Positions 9,471-20,671 of a DNA stretch of 64,000 nucleotides are shown here, one piece after another. How positions within the stretch are numbered: position 1 is the stretch's first letter; every line of letters begins with the position of its first letter. Origin of the DNA: Botryllus schlosseri (Eukaryota); the NCBI GenBank assembly GCA_051294905.1, contig CM119371.1:12276001-12340000 (forward strand). Reading direction: 5' to 3'. The position numbers and the translations under genes are program-made. Below the pieces are notes generated by a model. The model did no database searches and was not told the origin of the DNA. It worked only from the letters and a program-made list of their open reading frames with translations.

Positions 9471-12400
9471 AAGAAAAAACATGATCAGAAATACACAAAA
9501 GCAAGTACATTACAGATTCACCATCGTCCAGGACATGACGCTTGGCGTAAAAATAAGACAAGGTATCGCGATGCTGTTGGTACGTGTAAATACCGTGATT
9601 ATGAACCCTGAAACCTCTATTATGACCTCCCATAGGCTTTTGAGATGTCAATACTTCAAGGAATGTTTCAAAATTTACTTGACCAGATTTCTGAAGACCT
9701 TTCGAGGCATACTTTTGTTTTGGACCATCACAAAAGTAATTTTTTTATTGGAGACCACAAAATGCAGTACCGTCCTCGTATTCGACCTTGAACAAACCCG
9801 GTTGCCGTAGAAAGTATGCATAAACATCTTTACAGCATTGTCTTGTTCTATCGAATGAGATTGGGTTGGACAGGAACTCATTTTTATGTTCGTTACAAAA
9901 ATAGCGTGGGAACCATTTTTCATAATTCAGATAAAATTCAGATCTTGTTTCTGGGATTAGCATATCACCGAAAGAAGCTGAATGCCCGAGATGGATCGAG
10001 CCTGTGTCGCACATAGCCGCTGTCCATTTCCTGTCGTCAAAGTACGTACAGAGACAGTCATAAAAAACGATAGTAATTGCTGTTTCGCGTTTTGATGGAC
10101 GAACCACCCGACGTGAATACAAGTATTCCATTTTATGTTTTTTTAGGCCTTTTGGTTACTTCATATAAATTAGAGCTCATCTCTTCTACATTCACAAAAA
10201 CCGATCATTGACATATCTCTGCAATTGACTTTTATCACAAAAAAATGGTTCGTTTAAATTTGAGGGGGTTCATTATCATCTTCCCATATATGACATTGCC
10301 TGAGAGCTTATGAGTCAAGGCAATAATTTCTTTGTCGGGATCCCGGTCACCCAACCGTCTCGCGTCAGAGACAGTTTTTGCGAACCCTTCAAAACAAGTT
10401 TACTTTGTAAACTCGATTGCCTCGTATATTCGTGAAACTATGAGACCATGTTCTATATACCATTTTATCAATATCGATGACAAAAGAATTTTCTGGCCAT
10501 AGTACGAAGCAACCAACATACGGCGTTGGACTTGATAATAGGTTGTGATCAATAGCAAATTGCTTCATGTGACCTTTCAAATCGTTACGTGAGACAAGGG
10601 TGTTTTTGAATATTGGACACAGTTCAGAAAAATATCTTTTCAAATAGGAAGGAGTGTAAATATCAACCAATAAAGCCCAAAAGAACGTTCCATCTAACAC
10701 CATTTCAATCAACTTATGAGCTGTTAGTGACTTGTTGCGAATCAATCGAGGTCGAACACTATTTATAAATTGAGCGATTTCAGAGTTTTCACGTTTAGCG
10801 ATATCCCAGTGACATTCCCACATCATGATAACACGATGCTCTAGGCTTCTGTAATATGAATATGCAAAGCGGCATTTACTGTGAGAATGGAAGAAACACC
10901 CCAGAAACGATAACACAACGCCTCGACCCGATGAGTCACGGTAGAATGCATCTGCAGGGTACCCCTTGGAACCTATCCTTACTTCTGACCCATTGAAAGC
11001 ATGGTGGACATGTACACCATGAACATGAGAATAGTACTGTATCCATTCACGTGCTTTATGACCAAAGGTAGGAGCAGTCTTGACCGGTTTAAATTTAGAA
11101 CACTCATTATCAAGGCTTTTCGAATGAATGGGATACCCTGCGGGTGACGCAAGCGAAATTGCTCGAACGTACATCGAATTGCAATCCATTTCTGTTATAT
11201 ACTGCGTTATTTCCGCGTCTTTACCATAGAAAAGTTGTTTTATGCGAGTTACACCTTTTTTTATATATCTATTGAAGATGATTGATGGTCCGCCAACAAG
11301 ATTTTCACGAAAAAGTAAAGCTAGATCTTTATGCTTTTCACTGAACAAGGTAAAGCACCTTGGAATGGAATTGAATATATGCCTCGAAACAACACCCGGC
11401 AGCGAGACAGCTTCTTTAAATATATCCACATTAAATTGAGACTTGAAAGAGTCGAATTGCTTTTCTAGCCCTTCAATGAAGTATTGAGTGTCAATTGCAT
11501 TGTACCATTTTCAGAGGTGGTCAGAGTAGTCAATAAATCTACTCAAGTAGAAGTAGAAGTAGCGACGAAAAAATCTACTCAAGTGCGAGTAGAAGTACTT
11601 CTTCTTTAAGCAACCTTAAACTACTTGAAGTAGAAGTAGAATTGACTGACTTTAAAAGTACTCAAGTAAGTAAGTAGTTGTGAAAACGATCCTAATTCGT
11701 TCACATGGATTGTAAAAAGGTGCAAATTGAGCTATGCGATAAGTGACGAGCTTGATTCATATTGATACATACCAGCAGTTATCCAATTTTCGATAGCATA
11801 ATCATTCGTCCACATCGTGGGATGAAAATGATAGCATTGATATGGAAATGCGATGGTAATCCTCTGTTTTCTCGAACAGCACGTTTAAGAAAATAACATG
11901 GTGTGGCGCCATTCCCCATATCATAAGGCCCGTAGTTTAGTCGAAGAGCAATACGGAGAAGTTGTATAGGATACGGTGTAAACACTTTGCACGATTAGTA
12001 AACGTTGATAAAAATTATTGTGGACTATAAAAATGCCATATTGTGTGGCTTCATTTCCAGAAATTAAAGGCATTACTACACCTGCGTTTATACTTCAACA
12101 TGTATGTTATCCAGAAAAAAGAACTGATAATAATTATAACTCAAAGTATATGATACCGGGAATTGAAAGTGAAATATAAATACTACTTCTGAAAGCCGAA
12201 CATGTATTTCATGTTTTTAGTCCAGAAAGTTTCAAAGAACCCACTCTTCCTGATTTGGACACGCCATGGACATGCTAGATTACGATATGACAAGTAAATG
12301 CTAGATTGCGAAACATCAGTTTCAAAAGTTCTTATGAGCCAAATGTACTGTGATGAATTATTTGATATGGGCGAAGGGCGACAATGTGGTGCGAACGGAA

Positions 12401-14483
12401 CCACGCCAATCCTCTACCTAAATTATATTCACGGATACTTTGGTGAAATCATTCTGGTCACTCCGTATATCCACTGCGCGCGAAGCGCGATGAAAATTCT
12501 GGGCTTTACTAAAATTTTATGAAAATTAAATGTTGATACTCCGTGAAAACAGCCCCGAAATTCCTCAGGCTATCTTCCTGATTGGAAGATTGAACTACTT
12601 CTACTTGACAAACTGAAAATAGCGAAAAGTAAGTCAGTAGATCACAAAATATTAAGAAGTAGAAGTAGCGAAAATCAGATCTACTTGAGTAAGTACCAGA
12701 AGTAGAGGATAACTACTTGAGTAGTTCAAAAAAGTAGAAGTACTTCGTTACTGACCACCTCTGACCATTTTAGATAGTCACGAAGCGATGTCATATTATG
12801 ATCATTCCAAACCTTGAGAAAGTTTTCATGATCGGCTTTCGATATATTACAACGTTTTATCGAGCTATAAAATGACTGATGAGTCCGGAGCATAGGGTAA
12901 TCCAACAGTTCAATACTAGTCAGAAATTCATATGGAAAATGACCCTTTGTACCACCACATTTGAACGCTTTCAGATATTTTTCATAAGAAAAACCAGGTG
13001 CCAAGTAATTGACAATATCAAGGAAACGAAGTCTGTTCAAGTTCAAGTCGTATCTACCGCCATTTAAAGATATAACTGGTATTTGCCTTAGATAACACAT
13101 GAATTCATCTTGTAAACATTCCAATGGTAAAGGCTTGTCCGAGGGGTCTAATACTTTCATTTCCGCGATTTTAGATTCAAACAAATCCAGATATTGACGG
13201 TATTCGACTAGCAACAGACTGAAGGATCGACTCTGAATTGTATGAAAAATTTCTACCATCTCTTCACACAACTGATTCGGGTCGCCATTCGGAACAATTA
13301 CTTGTGGTTACAAATATCCATCCACATTTGATGATATACTAACTGAAATTGGAATATGCTTCCACTCGTAAGTCGTTTTAGCCGAGGGATCAAAATCACA
13401 TTTTTGAAACATACTCTCGATATCGAAGGCGATCCGATATTTTAAAAAATGTAAATGATTTGGGACAATTATGCCTTCAATCTTCATTCGTTCAAATGTC
13501 GTCAAAGCTGGTCTATATATCCCACCCGGAAAAATCTCGACTGGTTCAGTGATGCAGTTGTGTCTGGTCAATTCATATTCAAGATCGAAAAATTTTCCAC
13601 AAGATTCACAATGATAGCTTTCGAGGTATCTGTTGATCTGAGTTATCAAGCAAGCATGAGAATTTTCGAGGTGTAAATAAACAGGAGTGCCTACATAAGT
13701 ACTACGTCGGACAGCAATAGCTTTACCATCGGTCTTACGATAGACAGATATCGCTACATCAAGCAATGTCTCGATGTCAGGCAACATCTCAAAAGTTACA
13801 CCACCAAAAACGTTCACACCATAAACCTGGGTATACTGTTCAGCCAATGATTTCGCATCACGATCGAGTGAGTGCCCAATACAACGAAATACACACAGAT
13901 TATCATTATACCGATTACGATTTTTATCGTAAAGTAGTGTCATGACACATTTCGATTTTGTAAGCCACAGTGGAAGTTTTACATCAGCACACCCTATCAA
14001 TAACCGATCGCTAGGGAATATGTAAAACTGTATATTTGTTAGACAAACAGGCTGCGATTTAGTATCCGGTCGGGCTTTACGCAATATATCAAATGCAGTT
14101 TCCCATTTAATGGATTCAACAAATTTTTCAAACTGTATCAATGATGAAATAGCCAATGGTATATCCAGAACACGATCGATATTTGACGATGCATGAAAAT
14201 AACGATATCTTAGAGTCTCGGTGTGGTATAGAATACAACCATATGAATAGTTGACTTTAAATCTATATGATTCAGAAAAGAATATCGCTTCGATGTCCTC
14301 GTAAACACCCGAGAGTTGACGATTTATAATCCTAATTTTGTACACCACTCGAGATCTGCCTATATTTGCTACATACGATTTTATGGCTTGCCAGTTCTGT
14401 GTTAAAATTTCTTGGCGTTCATCACCAATATCTGGTGGAAATTCATCTTCCTCACGGATACGGTGTCTTCTGCGACGGTTCAT
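9457..14483 (-). pseudogene. polB: Protein-primed family B DNA polymerase (pPolB), fragmented, with hAT insertion
   Basis: It has a C2H2 finger (CESCGKFFDLEYELTRH), an exonuclease motif (IAFDIES), SLNGGRYDL, GHFPYEF and FRENLVGGPSIIF. DCNSMY is motif A. An internal Vsr-like nuclease reads FLGCFFHSH. Motif C is degraded to CDTGS. PGLFKVE and the C-terminal NRGFR...YTYQQ.R..LSYFYAKRHVLDDG are also present. Confidence 0.95.
11512..12763 (-). mobile_element. Non-autonomous hAT element (family CAGAGGTGGTCA), copy 2, inserted in pPolB
   Basis: It has the same TIRs as 2942..4243 and a perfect 8-bp TSD, ACCATTTT, at 11504-11511 and 12764-12771. Confidence 0.96.
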
Positions 14484-14872
14484 CTGTAACATTTGTATTC
14501 GATTTCAATTTCACACTCTGTATTCTAGTAATTAACAAGATAGTAATACTTACTTGTATTTTTTTCTTGAAATCTTGAGTTCTTTTCACCTAGTAAACAA
14601 AGAAACAACCTTCCTCAAATTATGTTCACCAACCTGAGGTAGTAAAAACAGAGAACTTACCGATGCAATAAGTTCGGTGATTGGACTTGATTCTTTCTCT
14701 TTATCTGTTTCGATGAAGCAAGAAAACATCACGTTAACACAAACTTTAGTTTATTTAATTAGATCAGTGTATACTTACACGTGTATTGTAATATATCCAC
14801 GAGCGCAGATTTCACATCTTCTCGCTGCGACGTCCAGGTGGAAAAGACCGATTTGACTGCGTCGAGGTTAAT
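14484..14872 (-). other. Putative spliced leader exons of pPolB (three ~70-nt GT-AG introns)
   Basis: GTAAGT donors lie at 14778, 14660 and 14553, and YAG acceptors end at 14705, 14590 and 14484. The intervening exons (94, 44 and 36 nt) join into one open frame with the pPolB ORF. Confidence 0.6.
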
Positions 14873-15082
14873 CTAGTGCGAGCACCATCTAGTGCTCACG
14901 ATTTTCAGATTGTTTGTAAGCCTATTATCTGTAATTTCATACACAGCACATGAACATTCACATTCACACAATAAATACATTACACTGAATCACAAATATA
15001 TTTCAAGGTGGTTCTAATTGTTAAGAGCTGGTTCAGGAATTGGTCGGTTGCATCGTTCAGTTGTTTTTAAATCTGATCAAGA

Positions 15083-15886
15083 TCACTTGCGTTCAATAGC
15101 CGAAGCCAATAGCTTTTTTATTTCAAGAATGATTTTGTGCAGGGAAGGTTTCTTCTTTTCTGTAAGGGAATCAATGAAACCTAGAATCATGCCTAGGTGT
15201 GGTATGACCACATCAAGAGTCTTGAGATGGTCTCGAATATTGTTGGCGGTGCACAGACATATTTTCTCCTCTTGTCGTCTCCCTCTCGATGTCTTCGCCC
15301 GATCTTCATCTTAGCCGAGTTTCACCTGGTTAAGAACCAAAGTTTTTTGTTTCTATTTAGAGAGACGTATCTTTTTACATGGAGGTGGACTGGTTTGTTG
15401 CGAGGTTGTGGGTACATCTCGCTTTCTAGAACTTGATGGTTTCTCGATTGGGATCTGTGGTTTTGGTAGACCGGAAAATAACCTTCGAGAAGTCGTCGGT
15501 TTTTCAGATGGTACCGTGGATCGAACTCTAGATTTTGGAAAAATCTTACGAGGAGTTGCCGGTTTCTCAACTGGTAACACAGCTGAAGTTGTCGGTTCAT
15601 CTGGAAGGGGTAAGTTCAAAGCCGAGGTTGTCGGGTTGTCAACCGTGACTTGGTTCGAACCACGTGATTCCAACCATGCCTGTAGTGTGATGTCACGGTG
15701 AGGCGGTTGGTTTTCGATAGGTGTCGTGGAATCACACTCAACGACCTCTGTCGTTGAAGTAACGAGGTCTTCGGATAGGAGGGCCTCCAAAATATCCGCA
15801 TCTTCTTCAAATTGCAGTTCAAAAGAATTAGGTTCATACCCGATGGTATTAAATCTGTTCAACTGAGCCTGGGTCATGATTAACAC
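15083..15886 (-). pseudogene. Acidic, Ser/Thr/Pro-rich disordered protein with NLS-like motif, frameshifted
   Basis: The acidic N-terminus reads FELQFEEDADILEALLSEDL, followed by imperfect (E/D)KP(T/A/S)(T/S) repeats and PPPCKKIRL. It continues after a frameshift to ...LASAIERK* at 15083. Confidence 0.5.
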
Positions 15887-15963
15887 AAATTAAAATCGAG
15901 GTATACTGATCGACGGATGATATTCGGTATGAGCGAGTGGGATTTACCAGTTTACTGAGGACC

Positions 15964-15995
15964 TATTTATTCAAAACTACTTCCTCTTTCCCGCC
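15964..15995. promoter_or_regulatory. E2F-type site (TTTCCCGCC, 15987-15995) plus TATA-like TAAATA on the minus strand in the divergent promoter
   Basis: The consensus match is seen directly between the divergent ORFs starting at 15886 (-) and 16133 (+). Confidence 0.4.
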
Positions 15996-16132
15996 ATCAG
16001 TCCCCTTCTTCCTATTTGGTATCGTGTTACTCTGTTCATTATAACAACCTTTTATTCATTCTAATTTCCGATGTATGATCACCTAATTACCGGAATTATT
16101 TTTACAGTTTCTGTTGTCAATAACTACACAAT

Positions 16133-16465
16133 ATGAACTCAACTCATACCCGAGTGATTATAGAAAATTATCTACTTCACCATCACCATTTACCTGTCTC
16201 TGATTTGAGCGAAACAGAACAGTTGGTTCACGATATCGTTGATTTAAACATATCTGATCAAATTGTTGAGAGCATCGAGAAATGTGATTTCACATCACTA
16301 ACCAACACGATTCTGGGATACGGTGTGGACTGGAATGGTGTTATTTGTATTGTTGCGATCACAGCTATGAAAAGTGATGTTCATACTATCTCATTGTACA
16401 CAGATGCATCATCGAAATTCTTGAATACACACTTTATCTCACTGACAAATGATTGGGTATGCTGA
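16133..16465 (+). CDS. Putative divergent Bcl-2-like protein, intact ORF of 110 aa
   Basis: DFTSLTNTILGYGVDWNGVICIVAI resembles BH1 (F..[13 protein letters not shown]). KFLNTHFISLTNDW resembles the YLNDH...W approach to BH2. This is an alignment by eye only. Confidence 0.5.
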   Translation: MNSTHTRVIIENYLLHHHHLPVSDLSETEQLVHDIVDLNISDQIVESIEKCDFTSLTNTILGYGVDWNGVICIVAITAMKSDVHTISLYTDASSKFLNTHFISLTNDWVC

Positions 16466-16582
16466 ATTTCAGACTACACAATCATAAAACTATCATTATG
16501 ATTCCATTTACTGAATTCCTGCAGGGATTATTTCAAACCCAGTCTGTTCAGGCGATTTATCCAACTTCGAAACCGAGTAACT

Positions 16583-16616
16583 ACGCGTTTATGGTCACGT
16601 GACTAGGTCTATAAAA
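16583..16616 (+). promoter_or_regulatory. Promoter of the OB-fold gene: ACGCGT, palindromic E-box GTCACGTGAC (16594-16603), TATAAAA (16610-16616)
   Basis: The motifs are seen directly, 39-72 bp upstream of the ATG at 16655. Confidence 0.55.
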
Positions 16617-16654
16617 TACGAGTAACCCACGACAATGATCATTATCTGGACATC

Positions 16655-17256
16655 ATGGCAATGGGGAGTATATAAAAATTGACCATTGGGAAATCATCGG
16701 ACCTGCGAATTGCAGTCAAGTTTGTTTCCTCCCCGAAAAAGGGGCTCGTTAGTAGTTACCTGAAAGGTGTATTTATAGACAACGAGGACAATACTATACC
16801 CTTCACTTGTTTCAACCAAGAACTGTTCAAAGCCATCGAAAAAGCTTTTAGGAAACGCAAGCGACTACTCATTAAAACAGCCTGGACTCGACTCGATAAG
16901 TTCACGGGAGAACCTACTTTGCTAATCGGTCGAAGTTCGTCTGTTACTATTCATGGCACATCAAAACACACCCCGGACGAGTACCCCGTGGTAAGCTGTA
17001 ACACTATAGGCAGCGAAAAATATATTTCAATCAACGCGGTATGTATCGATCACGAGGAAAAATCCATCCCTGTCAATGGCGAAGACCTCAAACTACATAG
17101 TTTTACGTTAAGCGACGACACCGGAACTGTCAAACTCGATCAATGGACCTCGCCTGGTTTAAAAAAGGGAAAAAGTATGCACTAACGCGCGTCAAAAACC
17201 ACGAAGGAAGATTAAAGATTGACCAATTAACTCGAATTCTAGAGTTAAAAGAATGA
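16655..17256 (+). pseudogene. Tandem OB-fold ssDNA-binding protein (RPA-like), one nonsense codon and one frameshift
   Basis: It starts MAMGSI*KLTIGKSSDLRIAVKFV. OB1 includes VFIDNEDNTIPFTCFN. OB2 includes FTLSDDTGTVKLDQW, then after a frameshift GKKYALTRVKNHEGRLKIDQLTRILELKE*. Confidence 0.75.
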
Positions 17257-19566
17257 TATGTATGTGTGTCTACTGTTTCACAATACACAATGGTTGATGC
17301 ATATTTTCGTGTCATCTGTGATTCATGATATAGGCCTACTCAACACATTGAGTCAGTTTTGCGCTGAGCGGTTGTATTTGGTTCGTATTGTGTACGCTCA
17401 CGGATTGCTTTTCGACAACCTGTTGTACGGGAAACAATTCGCGATATAACCACTATAGTAATTCAGTGGACAGGATACCATAGTCATTTGTCCCAGCGGA
17501 ATATGTAGGTCACTATACATTAAAAACACCTGTTTTCAAAACCGATCGTGGAAAATCAACCATATGCACGTTATACAATGTAATTACTTCGACGAAATAC
17601 ACAATCGCGTCCATGAAGCACCACAATGACGCTTTTCCGAAGCTCCATAGCCCGATTTTCGACTGCTAGCTAGCTCAAACTGCACCGTTTCTGGTTTCGA
17701 AATACAACATTTGTGACTTCCGGTATTTTACGAATCACCAGCGATCGATTATACTACTGACATATGTGAGGATTGGTGTGAATGAAACCAGTTAACAATG
17801 TTTCTATGTTTACGATTGATTTAAATTATTACGTGGAATAAATATTATTTTTTGTACTCCAACTTTGTAATTGTGTAATAGCAACACATACAGTCGGCAG
17901 CTTGTGTTAGCAACGTAATTCAATGCGTTCAAGCAAACATTTGACTTAATCCGCCAAGTATTTCCTGCTTCTCATTCTCAGAGAAATTATTGCCCACCTC
18001 TAGCTTCGTGGTTCTCAAGTAATTAAAGGTTAACAACGATACTGAACTGGATTTCATTCTCCTGGGCAACGCATTAATTTTCATTTTATCTAAAATATCA
18101 GACATGAGTCGACATTTCAAATTGACGGGGTTTCGAGTTTGAAATGGGACAGATTTCGATCACAAAAAACTCACAATGGCTACGACACTGATAGTAATGA
18201 TGGCTCTGAGCTAGCAATTGCTACACATTCAACAGAACAGCGGTATCACGATTCACGCAAAACGACGTCACATGTGTTCAAGTTAAGTTGTTCGGCGACT
18301 AACCTTTTTTCAATAGTGCAACTAGAACTAGAACTACTGGACTTTTAAAATCTAGATCTAAAACCGGAACTGGAACTATTCACTTTTTAATATCCGCAAC
18401 TGCAACTAGAACTAGAACTTGTCCTACTCACTTTTAAAAATCTGCATCTAGAACTACAACTATCCAATCGTAAAATCTGCAGCTATAACTGCGCAAAACT
18501 CCGTTAGTTATAGTTGACCGTCAACTACTAAAAGGATAGTTTGTACCAGTCTGATTTGAATAGGTTTATCAATTGAACGATAGCCTCAATACTGTTTGGA
18601 GTCAATAATTAGCCCCTTGCTGTCATATCGACATGGTTCCGCTTGGCTACATTCTCCAAATGTCTTATATTTTAGACCTATAATGGGCAGTGTTCGTACA
18701 TGTAATAGGGGCTGTTCGACTGTCTCTTCTAACATGCATGGGTGGCCCCAGCCATCTTCGTCTCAAGTTTTCAGATCAATTAAATGTGAATTAATATGGT
18801 GTTTAATACAATTACAAGCCCCGTTCGCGATTCGATTTCCCTGAGGTTGTCATAAGAAATAAATTTGGGCAATATACATTGAACATTGCTTAGGGAGAGG
18901 CAGGTGAAATTGAGGCAGTGATTTAATAAGTTGTAACTAACAATATTGACAATATATTAGAGTGGAGAAGATTAACATACCACAGGCCTAGATTAACCTC
19001 GTTGCGACAGACTTTCAAATACGGAATGGTTATCTGAAAGACATTCGCTAAAGGACGACGATTTCTCGTTATCAAATGAAGGAAGAAACAATTTATTGAA
19101 ATCAGAGCTGCTGTTGTATATTGAGCTATGTAGCAACGATAAAAATATCTGGCTGCTTTTCCTGTTTGCATTCGTCAAACCATGGTTTGGACTATTGTGC
19201 GATACCAAACGCATGCGGCCCGCAGACGTTTATTTTCCGGCCCGCAACATCTGCGATGTTTACACTAGTCAACACATGTTTTTAGGAAGACAAATTAAGT
19301 ATAGTGATGGAGGCTCTGAAGGGCACTGATTCCGAATATGGCCCTATTTTTTCAAATTGGCTCTTGTTTTGGAGATAACCCATGGGGCTGTTTCGACTAA
19401 AATCTCCCGTTTTCGCTGTAATCGCTAGATAGAAAATCAGCCCAGTCTTACGATAAAGTTTACAAATTCAGTCTACTTGCTATTGTTACACACAGAAAAC
19501 TCTTTCAAATCAAAATACAGCAACAGTACTGTATTCAGGGGTATTCAATTTATCATAGTTATGGAC

Positions 19567-20610
19567 CAGGGCTTTTCAAACCGCGGCGCGGGGGCCGCAT
19601 GCAGCCCTCAGACGATTATTTTGCGGCCTGCGACAGCCTTCATTATGAAGGCAATTTCTGCTGGAACAGTGTTGTTATGCGTCATATTTGTCGAAGAACA
19701 GTAATTGTAGCGAAGTGTAGAAGCTTAAAATGATACCATAACTGTTTGTTCTGAAGTTGTGGCCTATATATGCTCCGATCTTATAAAAACGTTGATAGCT
19801 AGGTGTCAAGCCCAGCAATCCACACTTCGAGGCATTGTTGAAATTGCCGAAGGCGTCACAGGCACATTATTTAAAATTGCTTGGAATATCGCTCAGCCCA
19901 AGAAATCTGCTAGAGAATGAGTGGCTTTAGTTAAACCTTGACGTATTGTGCGAATATTCGCTGTTTCCTGATTTTGTTGACAACATCACCTGATAAATTT
20001 CGGAGTTGTCTGATTCAACTGTGACCAGAAGAGTCGTAGTAATGTAAGTCGATCTTTAATAGCATATACTAAAAACAATTGCCGCCCAGACTACTTTAGC
20101 CTAGCATCGACTCCACACACATCGTATAGCTAATTATCTAGGTGCATTTTACAAGACTGAGGACATATTTCCCGCAGTAAATCCTGACCGAGCATACGTA
20201 GGTAGAGCACCAGCGAAAAACATCAACTTGAAAAAGCTGACTTCTATAACTGTTGGCGCAAAGCTCCAGCCATGGAACTAAAGGAGAAGGGTTTGCTCGG
20301 AAATTGATATTGATATTGGCCTCTGTAACGAAAATGTTACCGTGATTTTATACTTGCTCGCTTACGCATTGAAACAGAGAGTTTAGTTTTCTGGTGGAAG
20401 GGTTTGAAGGTGAATATACAGATTTGGCAACGAACTCAATGCATTTTCCATGAAGAGGTTTACTTGCGCCGCCGTCCATTAATGCTTTAGAAATGCATGT
20501 AAAGGTACTGAATGCCCATTTACGACTGCTAAATAGGCTACAGTAGCCTAAATTCATTAGTAACCCACAAATACTTAGTAATAATGTTATGAGGCCCGCA
20601 GCGTGCCCGC
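19567..20610 (+). mobile_element. Decayed Buster/Charlie-type hAT remnant
   Basis: The left end reads CAGGGCTTTTCAAACC...GGGCCGCATGC. A transposase scrap, SELSDSTVTRRV, lies at ~20000-20040. The right end and TSD were not found. Confidence 0.4.
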
Positions 20611-20671
20611 GCTACGATCGTGTTGTATTTAAACTTTGACTTACTTCGTTTACCAATAATGATTGATACAG

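Larger units (their letters stand above)
1..17758 (-). mobile_element. Maverick/Polinton (adintovirus-like) endogenous element, degenerate; left part lies outside the window
   Basis: The full core set is co-oriented on the minus strand: pPolB, A32/FtsK-like ATPase, rve integrase with chromodomain, minor capsid, major capsid and adenain protease. A candidate terminus ACTACT lies at 17753-17758. There are many frameshifts and nonsense codons. Confidence 0.95.

Noticed and set aside
9457-9651. Separate small gene or exon spliced to ORF 9152..9472
   Set aside because: The peptide (NRGFR...SYFYAKRHVLDDG) is the conserved pPolB C-terminus.
15408-15701. Plus-strand ORFs over the Maverick (also 806..1072, 1148..1414, 9448..9810, 15018..15314)
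   Set aside because: They are antisense shadows of minus-strand genes and have no motifs of their own.
17929-18555. Transposase fragment and ACTAGA-repeat MITE just outside the Maverick
   Set aside because: It has repeat-rich subterminal-like sequence and one possible TIR, but no matching second end, TSD or recognisable protein motif.
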